From contig NC_083236.1 of NCBI RefSeq assembly GCF_032191835.1, positions 33,046,001 through 33,110,000 on the forward strand: 64,000 nt of DNA, written 5' to 3'. The DNA comes from Heteronotia binoei. Taxonomy: Eukaryota. Below, piece after piece: positions 35,717 to 46,152 of the stretch (position 1 is its first letter; each line of letters opens with the position of its first letter). The notes beneath the pieces were generated by a model. The model was not told where the DNA came from, did no database searches, and saw only the letters and a program-made list of their open reading frames with translations. The position numbers and the translations under genes are program-made.

Positions 35717-38377
35717 TTACGTAGCTCGGAACCCTTTCCGGAATTCGTTCAGGAACTCATCATGATTGTAAAACACATCATCGTGTTCCTGTTCAGCCAG
35801 CTCTTTCAGACGCTTGGCTTCAGCCTCCTTCTCCCTTGCCTCGCACTCTGCCACCCAGGCTTTCCATTTCTTAGCCTTTTCTTTTAACATTTCCTCAAAT
35901 CCGGGTGGGTCTGGATTGACAGTCAGAGTGACATAGGGACACTTGTACCTAGCGGGACGTTGGCCTTTGGTGGACCTGGCAGACACCCGTGGCCCTGTGC
36001 TTGGACCAGCTTTGTCTTCTTCGGGTTGCTCTGTTCCCACCTCCTGGGCTGGTTGCTCTGCCCCTGTAATTGGGTGTTGAACCTCCTGACTCTCACACTT
36101 TACCTCCAGTTCCTGCATTTGAGGCTCTGCCTCCTGACTCTGCTCGTCAGGCTCTGTGCCAGCATTCGGCTCACCTTCTCCAGCCCCACTGGGTGCCACC
36201 TCCTGGGCTGGAGTTCTGGGCTGCGCTCCAACATCGTTATCGCTACTTGGCAGCAGGACAAATTGTTTCTGCAAGGAGTGCAACCTTGGCCAGCTGCTTT
36301 CTTCATTGAACTGGGCACTCTTATTAAGTGTTATCTTGCTTTTGCTATTGCAGAAACGATAACACCTGGCCCTTGGCTTGTAGCCCAGAAAAATTAGGCT
36401 CTCTGCCCGGACATCCCCCTCCCCGCTACTCGTGGAGTGGATGCCAACCCGAGCCCGTGACCCAAAGACTTTTAAAGAACTCAAATCTGGGGTCTTGTTC
36501 AACAGTAACCTGTAAGGCACATTTTTCACAGTATTACACCAAACCCTGTTTTGCAAAAAAACGGCTGCATGTATGGTTTCTGCCCAATAGGTCATTGGCA
36601 GTTGTGCATCCTCTAACATGCAATACATCACATTCTGCAATACAGCCCCATGCCCATTTTCTCGGGGCGTTGCTGGGTTCGTCAGACGGTGGGCAATGCC
36701 CTTGTTTTCCAGCCAACGTTTCATCTGGTTAGATAAGAATTCCCCCCCTCTGTCGGTTTGTACAGCTAGGAGATTAACCCCTAATTGTCTCTCCACTGCT
36801 TTGACCCACTTGGTGAATGTCTTATACACCTCAGACTTATGCACCATGGTGAAAACCCACGCGTACCTCGTGTGGTCGTCGGTGGCCACCAAGCAGTATC
36901 TCCTCCCCGACAGACTCTTTGGCAATGGGCCAATAACGTCTAAATGGACTAGTTCCAGGGCTCGTGTGCTTTCCCTTGAGCTTTCTTTAGCAACAGCACA
37001 CGCCTTGCTTTTGGTCTTCTTGCAGACCTGGCAATCCAAGTAACATTTGCAAGGATTTACTTTCAAACTAGGCACGAGCTCCAGGGTTTTCTTTAACGCC
37101 CTAAATCCGCAGTGCCCAAGTCTCCTATGGAGCAAATGTATACAATTATTGTGCACAGGCTCATTCGACACCTGAGCCACCTGGGCACAATCATTCTGGA
37201 CCACATACAGTTTACCTTCCCTCTTTCCTGTCACAAGCAACTTTCCCCCACCTCCCAGGATTTTGCAGCAGGTTTTCTCAAATCTCACCTGGTATCCCTG
37301 GTCAAACAGTGTGCTAACACTCAACAGGTTAGACTGCAGTGAGGGTACATACAACACATTTTGCAACATACATTTCAGTGCAGGAAATTCCACATTGCCT
37401 GAGCAAACAGAATTGGCAGTGGTCCCATCAGCCAATCTCACATACTTATGCTCAGGACTGTCAATGTTTTTCAACAACTCCTTCTCGCAGCAGAGATGGC
37501 TCGTTGCCCCGGAGTCTAAAATCCAAGCAGACCCTGTGCTCTCTACTGCAGACGTGACCAGCCGGGTTGCTTCCTCACACGGGCTGGCGGTCCTCCGCTC
37601 TCGCCGCACACGCCCCCGCCTCTTCTCCCTCTCAGGGCAAGCTCGGAGCAGGTGCTGCGACGACCCGCATCCATAGCAGCGACGGACTGCAAACGCAGTC
37701 GGCTCCACTTCCTCCACCTTCGGACGCCTGCCAGCAGCAAAAGCTGGCTCATTCTTGGCTGTCTTCCCGGACACACCGATAACAGCACGCTGCCTGGCCG
37801 ACACCCCCGGACAGCTCACGGCCGCAATTCTCTCTTGGAAGTCAAGCATGTGGGCACAGACGTATTCCATGGTCAGGGTCGCTACGTCCACCGTCTCCAG
37901 AGAAGTTATCAGGGGAGTGTACTCAGGTGGCAACGACGACAGCAAAATGTACACTCTGTCGTCTGGAGCTACAGTCTTGCCTCTTGCCTCCAGCTCAACG
38001 AAACAGTCCGTTAGCCGTTTGATGTGATCTTTCACACACCCTCCAGCCGGCATAACGGTGCGGAACATCCTCCTTGTCAAGGCCATGAGGGAACCAGCAG
38101 TGGTGCTAACATGCACCGCACTCAACGCGTCCCAGGCAGCCTTGGGAGTGTCCTTCCCTCGCACATAAACCAGCTGGTCATCTCCTATAGATAGCACTAT
38201 GTTGGCCAGTGCCTTATCCGATAACACAGTCTCGGCAGGAGATAAGTCAGCAGGGGGGTTACTCACGAACAGCCATTGCCCTTCACGCTTGAGGTAGTGT
38301 TGCATTCTCAGGCTCCACACCGCGTAGTTGGCTGAGGTGAGCTTCTCAACGGCTACTCCAAGCTGTTGCTGAGCCAT
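35717..38377 (-). CDS. Copia polyprotein Gag-zinc knuckle-protease-integrase, 886 aa, ending where RT would begin
   Basis: KLTSANYAVWSLRM gag N-terminus; CX2CX4HX4C (C234-C247); WILDSGATSH protease (D288); HHCC H417/H422/C449/C452; integrase D480 and D542. No YVDD RT motif and no RNase H. Confidence 0.95.
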   Translation of the reverse strand: MAQQQLGVAVEKLTSANYAVWSLRMQHYLKREGQWLFVSNPPADLSPAETVLSDKALANIVLSIGDDQLVYVRGKDTPKAAWDALSAVHVSTTAGSLMALTRRMFRTVMPAGGCVKDHIKRLTDCFVELEARGKTVAPDDRVYILLSSLPPEYTPLITSLETVDVATLTMEYVCAHMLDFQERIAAVSCPGVSARQRAVIGVSGKTAKNEPAFAAGRRPKVEEVEPTAFAVRRCYGCGSSQHLLRACPEREKRRGRVRRERRTASPCEEATRLVTSAVESTGSAWILDSGATSHLCCEKELLKNIDSPEHKYVRLADGTTANSVCSGNVEFPALKCMLQNVLYVPSLQSNLLSVSTLFDQGYQVRFEKTCCKILGGGGKLLVTGKREGKLYVVQNDCAQVAQVSNEPVHNNCIHLLHRRLGHCGFRALKKTLELVPSLKVNPCKCYLDCQVCKKTKSKACAVAKESSRESTRALELVHLDVIGPLPKSLSGRRYCLVATDDHTRYAWVFTMVHKSEVYKTFTKWVKAVERQLGVNLLAVQTDRGGEFLSNQMKRWLENKGIAHRLTNPATPRENGHGAVLQNVMYCMLEDAQLPMTYWAETIHAAVFLQNRVWCNTVKNVPYRLLLNKTPDLSSLKVFGSRARVGIHSTSSGEGDVRAESLIFLGYKPRARCYRFCNSKSKITLNKSAQFNEESSWPRLHSLQKQFVLLPSSDNDVGAQPRTPAQEVAPSGAGEGEPNAGTEPDEQSQEAEPQMQELEVKCESQEVQHPITGAEQPAQEVGTEQPEEDKAGPSTGPRVSARSTKGQRPARYKCPYVTLTVNPDPPGFEEMLKEKAKKWKAWVAECEAREKEAEAKRLKELAEQEHDDVFYNHDEFLNEFRKGFRAT

Positions 38378-38523
38378 CGTGCCGACTCCTCCTCACAGCT
38401 GGCTGCCGACGTCCCTCTGGCTCTCAAACAGAGAACGGTGGTGCTTCTGTGTCCTTCACCGGCGTTCCTCGCCTCCGGCTCTTTCCAAACTCACAGTCAG
38501 CTCAACTCTCAACTCTCTCCTCC

Positions 38524-38554
38524 GCGCAGCGGAACCGCCCTGGGCCCATAACCC
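38524..38554 (-). promoter_or_regulatory. Primer-binding site complementary to the 5' half of initiator tRNA-Met
   Basis: Minus strand GGGTTATGGGCCCAG immediately after the 5' LTR (the Drosophila copia-type half-tRNA PBS), extending to a 28/31 match with tRNAi-Met nt 10-40. Confidence 0.92.
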
Positions 38555-38952
38555 TGTCGGAGCGGGAGTAGCAGAGTGAGGGAGATGACTTGCCCGACAC
38601 AGGGCTTCAGGAAAGAAAATCAGGCAGACACGTGCAACTAGTGCCAAAAGGTGTATTAACATATATACACAACAAGTGCTCTCTTGTGCAGTCTATACAA
38701 TATCACCTCCACGGACAAAGTGCTTCGCCTAACCACCATCTCACAGGGAGAGACCTGTGTGATGCACACACAGATCATATATAGTCCAAGCAGCCAATCC
38801 TGGCCATGCTGACTCAGCAGATTGCATCACTTGGCTTCTGCCGGCTCAAGCCGGTCTGCTGATCAGGTCACTGTGACCTAGCCTGGCAGCTAGATCACCA
38901 GCTGTCATACTGTGGCTGTCAGACTGGGTTTATGTAGATTCTTGCTCCAACA
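38555..38952 (-). repeat. 5' LTR of the copia element (398 bp)
   Basis: No mismatch with 35234-35631 by eye; both copies give the same 64-aa spurious ORF in the track. Confidence 0.97.
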
Positions 38953-41186
38953 GGTCATAACCTATTCCACCTTCAACTAGCTACTTCCTCTAGAACAGGA
39001 AAGCGGCATCTGGAAAAAGGGTATGACCATGCCTTTGAAGCTGACCTTCTTCCACACAAGAGAAACACAGCACAGATATGCCCGTTATCCCTTTCTCCAG
39101 AGTTAAGGCATGATGCTGAAACTAGAAGAAAACTACAACTTGGATCAAACTAAGTCCCAGTAAAACTGGACTGCCCCCCATTCCAATTTTTAATCTGAAG
39201 TCTGGATTTTTTTAAAATTTGCAGATTAAGGATTATTTCATTCTCTCCCATGGGCACAAGAGGTGGGAAATGTACCACCTTTAGACTCAGCTGAAAGTTT
39301 AGAACCAGGATTAATGTGCTGAAAAGGAGCTGGGCCCACAAAGTCAAACTGCAAGGGTCATTTCTGCAGCCAATCAGGCTGGAAACTGATAAGCAGATGC
39401 TGGCTGAAAACCTACAAAATGGATGACTCAGGAAATCAAAACGCTCCCAGACATGAAGCAAATTTGTCCATTTTCAGGCCTTTTATCTCCAAGTTTACTT
39501 TGCAGAGGGAAACAATTGCCTTATTGACAAACCTGCTTTAACGTATGTTGGAAAAATTACAAGTCATTTTTTTATTTGGCTTTTTAAAACAAGAAGATCT
39601 AGAAGATCTTCCCCTTCCCACAAGCAGTTTGCTTTCCAACAGGGACGCAACACGGTAATTAACACTGGTCCCTATTGGCTGGAAGGGTCAGCAGGATCTC
39701 AGGGAAAAAAATAATTACTGTTTTAAATGAATTTTTAATAATTCTCTGAGAGGCTGGTTTTTCAAAAGAGACACATGAATAATGAACAAACCTATTTTTT
39801 TCCTTCTCAGTATCACAGCTCTACAATATTGGCCAGACCCCGCCCTTTGGAACAAACTGAAGTGCTTGATCTTGTATGCACTTTTGGCCTGCTGTGTGAG
39901 CAGAAGCTCCAGTGGGCTCAAAATACCCTGGAGGAGGAAGTCCCATGCTCTAGAGTGCTGGACAGTGCTTCATATGCACAATGAGAATGAGCACAAGCGT
40001 TCCCCAGTGCTGCAAATAACAGGGTGCCGTCTGTGACCGTGGGGCTCTGTGTGTACATCCAAAGCCTTGAGGAACCCTGGAGAATAACAGTGTTTTTAAG
40101 AGAGGAAGCCACTTTGGGGCAATAGCTTTTCAGAGAGACAGAAATGTAGCCAACTTCCCCGAAGGTATGTCAAAAATGTAACACAGTGAGCTGGATTTAA
40201 ACTAAATTGGCAATTTCCACTGCTTCTCCTTCCTGTCACAGACTCCCCCCAAAAAACTGCTCCTCAGGGTCCCCTATCTCCCCATGAGCAGCGTTTCATG
40301 GAGATCAGTGACCTGCAGGGGGAGAGGCGAGGCAGGAAAGTTCCAGTGTGCTGATGGAAAATTTTGTCTGGACCCAGCCCAGGTTCTCTAATAGAGCTTA
40401 ATGGCATCCCTGAGGAAGGCTAAGGCTGCTCCGGTACTTTTGTCATTCCGCACAATGTGCAAAACAGTAATGTTCAGGGGGACACTTTTAAAAAGACTTT
40501 AGAAGTGTAGCAGAATGGCCGAGAGGGCACTTTTATGATAGAACAGGATTGTAGTTAATGGCAATGATTATTCTAACCGTTATCCAGCTATTACCGCAAC
40601 GTCTTCACTGTGCTTTCTTTGTAACCCCACTCACTACTTCATCTACAATATCATCTTGTCTTAGGCAGTTTGCTGTTTGCATTGTCTTTTCATTCTGTAC
40701 TAATGCACCGTTCGTTGGCTTCCTTTGCTGTATGGATACGTTGTTTTTATCTGGCAACCTGCCTCAAGTCTCGGTGAGGCAGGGTATAAATAAATAAAGG
40801 GTATAAATAAATAAAGCAAACAAATACCCCCAGTGGAATGCATCTAGCCACTGCTGAAAGGGAGCTGCAATGTGCTATTACAGTTAGGTTCAGCAGCACT
40901 TTCCATGCTCCCAGGACTGAGCTCAAAGGGGACCATGGCCACCAACTAAGAAACAGTAAGGTGCTTCTTCTCCAGCTATGGGCTGGATCCTGTTGTCTTT
41001 TCCACTGGCAGCAGTGGGAAGAGAGGCCTCTTTGGACCACTGAAACAAGCTATGCTAGTAATCACAGGACCTACATGAACAAAAGCCAGGTGGGATGGGG
41101 GCAACAGTGAGGATGATAATCGGGTGAGACCAAACAGAAAAATTGATAGGATACACCCCAGACTGTGAAGAATACATGCCTCATGT

Positions 41187-41386
41187 CAGGGCTTTTTTGG
41201 TAGAAAAAGCCCAGCAGGAACTCATTTGCATATTAGGCCACACCCTCGATGCCACCATTGTTTCACACAGGGTTTTTGTAGAAAAAGGCCAGCGGGAACT
41301 CATTTGCATATTAGGCCATGCCTCCCTGACACCAAACCAGCTGGGAATGTATACCTGCGTGTTCCTGCTAAAAAAAAAGAGTCCTG
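41187..41386. mobile_element. hAT-type MITE, same family
   Basis: Same terminal repeats and the internal duplicated GGAACTCATTTGCATATTAGGCC unit; flanks CCTCATGT/ACTCATGC (6/8). Confidence 0.8.
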
Positions 41387-41800
41387 ACTCATGCTAGTCC
41401 TAACCATTTTCCATGTTTGTAGTGTTGCCTAAGAAGGTGGATCATGCAGGCGAAAAACTCTTGTGTACGTGGAATGGCCTTTTAACCGTGTGAGACCCTT
41501 GGTCTATCAAGGTCAGTGCTGTCTATTCTGAGCGGCAGTGGCTCACCAGGATCTAGGAACTGGTTTTTCACTTCAATTGCTCCCTTGGTAACTGGAGATT
41601 CTGAGGCTGCAACCCAAGACTTTCTGCTTGTCAAACAGATTCTCTGCTGCTGCTGCTGAGCCATGGCCCCTCTCCTGAGCACAGAGAGCATGGGAAACGG
41701 GAGCCCCTACCATCAGCACCACCATCTTCTAGAATCAGCATAGCCTGGGCTGTGACCTAGATGACAGGGAAGGATGACAGACAGCACTGTGGCAACTTAC

Positions 41801-41884
41801 TTCGTCACTGAAGTTTCTGAAGGCAGCCACTCTTTCTTCCACGTAGTCTTGACTCAGGGGGACCAGCTTCAGGCGTTCGATGAT
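41801..41884 (-). CDS. NUP93: NUP93 exon (84 bp, exon 20 equivalent)
   Basis: [28 protein letters not shown]; cag acceptor, gtaagt donor. Confidence 0.97.
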
Positions 41885-43286
41885 CTGTAATGGAAGATGC
41901 ATGAATAACAGCAGATAAGATCAAGTAGAGACAGAATAGAGCTACACTGATTTGAAAAAGCCCCATACTCATGGGCGGGATGTGCAACAGTGTGGTACAG
42001 CCTGATCTCGTCAGATCTCGGAAGCTGAGCGGGATCACTACTTGGATGGGAGAAGCCACCTAGGAAGACTCTGCAGAGGAAGGACCTCTGTTTCTCACCT
42101 GCTCTGAAAGCCCCTTGCCGAGGTCACTGTAAGTCTGTTGCAACTTGTGGCCATATACATTTTACTTTATAGAGAGACAGTGAGATACAGAGAGAAGCAA
42201 GTTTTTTGTACTATACCAACATATTTATTATACCATCCTTTGCTCTGATCAAGCTGATTTCATTTTCCATTTTCCATTGTACCTTTGGATCCTGGTTCCC
42301 AACAGGTCCTTCTTGGTAACACCCCACCCACCATCTGTCCTGGGTATAAGAGATGATGGATCTTCATTCTTGTTTCTATCTGACCAAGTGAGATTTGACT
42401 CATGAAAGCTTATGCCCTAAAAAATTGTGTTGGTCTCTAAGGTGCTGCTTTAATTTTATTAAATTTTATTAAGATTCACATAGGGACCAACATCTTTCCA
42501 AGCAATACAATAAGAAAATAATCTATATCATTTAAAATATTTCAACTGTAGTCTCTTAAAAAACAGAAAAACAAATTAAAATGGACTTGCCAACAAGGGG
42601 CAGGGAGTGAGAAAGCAAAAAAAATGAGAAAAATATTTCATTAACTTTATATAGATCAAACTGATGTTGCAACAACAGCTATGAACATATGAAGCTGCCT
42701 TACACTGAATCAGACCCTCGGTCCATCAAAGTCAGTATTTCCGTGCCTATTTGCCAGGACCCTTTTTAGCTGGAGATGCCAGGGATTGAACCTGGGACCT
42801 TCAGCTTACCAAGCAGATGCTCTACCACTGAGCCACCGTTTCTCCCCTACAGTTACCAAAGATGCAATACTGACATCATTGCAGGAATTTCCTTTTGTTC
42901 TTAGAAATATTCTAAAATAGGATACCAAACTGTTATGAAATCATTATAATCAGTGTTGTCTGTGTCTTCTGTTTTTGATAAGTCATGCTGAACTCGAATT
43001 TTATATATATATATATATATATACACATATATTTGCTGCCTCTCTCTCTCTCCCTCTGATTCTTACACAAAATGATAAACCCTGAATCAAAGTTGCATAA
43101 TCCCAGTAAGAGACTCAGGCCCTCATATGATTGGACAAAGACAACCCAAGACCCAGCATCACAACGGAGACCTGGGATTACCTTCTTCATGTCTTGGCTG
43201 TGAGTGTACCAAGAGAATCGGGCTTGCAGGAGTGCTAAGCCAAGTGAAACAAGGCAACTTGCAAGGGGAAAAAATCTGAAACTTAC

Positions 43287-43404
43287 ATCAAAGGCCTTGT
43301 CAATGTGACCCGCATGATATTCATCGAAAAAAGTGATCAGGTCTAATAGAAGGTAGAACGTAGAATTGATGGGCTTCTTGGCACTTATGCCCTGAGCTTT
43401 ATAC
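43287..43404 (-). CDS. NUP93: NUP93 exon (118 bp, exon 19 equivalent)
   Basis: [39 protein letters not shown]; cag acceptor, gtaagt donor. Confidence 0.97.
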
Positions 43405-44857
43405 CTGGAAGAAACAAGAGTGATTAGACAGGTGGCAACTGCGGTTAATGAGTACATGCAATGTGGTGTCCTTGGGCAGCTCAATGGTCAGAAAAACTAT
43501 AGTCCAGAGAATACATCACAGCCAGCATGGTGTAATGGTTTAGAATGTTGGACTAGGATCTGGAAGACCCAGGTTCGAATCCCCACTCTGCCATGGAAGC
43601 TTGCTGGGTGACTTTGGGCTAGTTGCATGCTTTCAGCCTAACCTACCTCATGGGGCTGTTGTGAGGATAAAATGAAGGAGGAGAATTACGTAAGCCACCT
43701 TGGGTTCTGATTGGGGAGAAAGGCGGGGTATAAATAAAGCAAGTAGATAAATAAGAACGCTTAGCCTTTATGCAGCACTTTAAAGGGCAAGTGATTTTAG
43801 TGAAGTGTTACAATCTATCTGAAATAACTGTCCTTCTGCATGGCATTTATTGTGTATTTTATTTAGTTATTGTTGGAAGCTGCCTCATGAACGGATTGCA
43901 GGAAAGTGAACTCCAAGTATATTCAACAAAGTGTTCAAAGTGCTTCACCTGTGTTCTTCCAGCCCTTCACCTGGCACTAAGTTTATTAACTTTGGGGCCA
44001 CAGGTGTACCTTTATTCCCGAAGCTCTTTGTCGATGGGGTGCTGCCCCCCACCCCGCTGTCTTCTTTGCTTCTTCATCACATACCTGCCAAGGTGTTGTT
44101 TTCAAAGGCTGATCTGCTGCAATTCGTTCTTCTGATTATTCTAGTTCTACTGTTTATCGAGTTAACATTTTAACTGGTGTGTTTTACGGTTTTCATCATA
44201 AGAGACTGTAAACAGTCTCATGAGCAAGATGTGGTATGAACATACTAAATGGGCAAATGTTTTTTTCCAATCTTTATGATGTCTTTCTAAGGCCAGCCGT
44301 TTTAATTATTCCCAGATAGTAACAAGGAATAACTTGAGGCTTTGAGATGGCCTCTAGCACGTCCCTGGCTGAGGTAAGCTTTGAAGGACGGATTCTTTGC
44401 TTTTTACAGTTCAGTCTCTTAGCAAGTATGCTATGCTAACTCTCAGATTGTTTGGGTTTTTGTTGCGGGCGTGGTGTAATGATGCAGAGAAACAGATTAC
44501 CAGATTTGGAGGAAAGAATTTAATGTTATTTGCCCATGGTCATTTGCCCATGCCCAGAACTCTGTATGAAGGGACAGGTTTTCAAGGTCATTTTCATGGC
44601 AATTCCTCTTCATTCAAACCATGTCACAAAACTGACAGACTTTGTGCCTGCCTCAGACTCCCATGGAACAAGGTGGGCCTTGCTGGCCACTAAGAGGGGC
44701 ACAGGCAGTCTCTGCCTGTATACTAGGCCCATTCAGTGTGTAGCAAATTTCTGAGATATGTTTTTTTTAAAAAGAGACAAGCTTGACTTTTATACCTCAA
44801 TAGGTTTCTTCTCAGAGAAAGAACTGCCTGACATTAAAGGCTCCACTCTCTGTGTTT

Positions 44858-45476
44858 ATTGGTGGGAGCACATACAGCCGGGGCTGCGCGGACTGCACTG
44901 GTTGCCAGTGGCATACCGAGTTCGCTACAAGGTGCTGGTTATTACCTTTAAAGCCCTATATGGCCGAGGACCTACCTACCTAAGGGACCGTCTCTCCCCA
45001 TATGAGCCCCAGAGGGCACTGAGGTCATCTGGGAAAAACCAGCTGAATATCCCTGGGCCAAGGGAGGCCAGACTGAAAGCCACCCGGGACCGGGCCTTCT
45101 CTATTACTGCTCCACTACTGTGGAACCAACTCCCTGAGGAGGTGAGGGCCATACGATGTTTAGAGGGATTCCGTAGGGCCTGTAAGACCCACCTTTTCAA
45201 GATGGCCTTCAACTAGCGAAAAATTAGTGGAAAAACTGTGACAAAACTAGATATGCTGCTAGAAATGCTTTTATTCTTGTTTTTACTGCTGAAATTTATT
45301 GAAACCTGTTATAACGCCATACTGTTATGTGAATTTTAATACTTTGTAATTGTTTTAACCGTGTTTTATAATTGTAACTGATGTAATGTGTGTTTTATGT
45401 TGTGAGCCGCCCTGAGCCTGCTCCGGCGGGGAGGGCGGGATAGAAATAAAAAATTATTATTATTATTATTTATTAT
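44858..45476 (+). mobile_element. 5'-truncated L2-type LINE
   Basis: ORF2 C-terminus EHIQPGLRGLHWLPVAYRVRYKVLVITFKAL...LWNQLP...KTHLF*; tail GTGAGCCGCCCTGAG...(ATT)n; candidate TSD TGTGTTT at 44851-44857 and 45477-45483. Confidence 0.85.
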
Positions 45477-46002
45477 TGTGTTTCTGCAGGAGAAGCATGC
45501 CTCATGACTGGAAGAAGTCAAGCCCAGAGTCACGACTCATACAGGGTTGCAATGGTTGACCTCTTCAAAAGAGATATAGTTCTATTGCACCTTCAGATTG
45601 CTTAAATGATCTGGACATCACCAGTTTAGAGATGTGGAAGACCACCCCCCTCCCCTGGCTGTCTTGGAGGAGGCAAGGCCAGAACAGTAAATCATGCACA
45701 CATGCAGTGGGCATTAGGCACTTGGGGAACATTCATTTCCTGCGGCACATGTAGCTGGTGTAAATGTAAGCTAGCTAGATTATATCTTGCATATTTCCTC
45801 CTTTTCAACGTTTCTTGCCTCCGGCATGCTCAGTAGATGGCTGGCTTCTGAAAATGTGCAGCAATTAAAAAATAGGAGGAGACGCTTTCTAACCTCATGT
45901 CTTTTTGCTAAATACGTTCCCCAATAATCTTTCTTGAGCCAGTGCAGAAAAAGCTAGGGACCCTCTCCTTGGCTGAGCTGGCGACCCATGAACTTTTGCT
46001 CA

Positions 46003-46152
<150 letters not shown>

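Larger units (their letters stand above)
35234..38952 (-). mobile_element. Ty1/copia LTR retrotransposon, non-autonomous (no RT/RNase H), 3719 bp
   Basis: Two 398-bp LTRs (35234-35631 and 38555-38952), TG...CA ends, imperfect terminal inverted repeat TGTYGGAGC. TSD GGTCA at 35229-35233 and 38953-38957. PBS, PPT and a single Gag-PR-IN ORF in copia order. Confidence 0.97.

Noticed and set aside
35960-38027. Multiple plus-strand ORFs overlapping the copia polyprotein
   Set aside because: They are antisense shadows of a GC-rich coding frame with no motifs.
38524-38554. tRNA-Met gene
   Set aside because: Only the 5' half matches, with no T arm or acceptor 3' strand, and it sits exactly where a PBS is expected.
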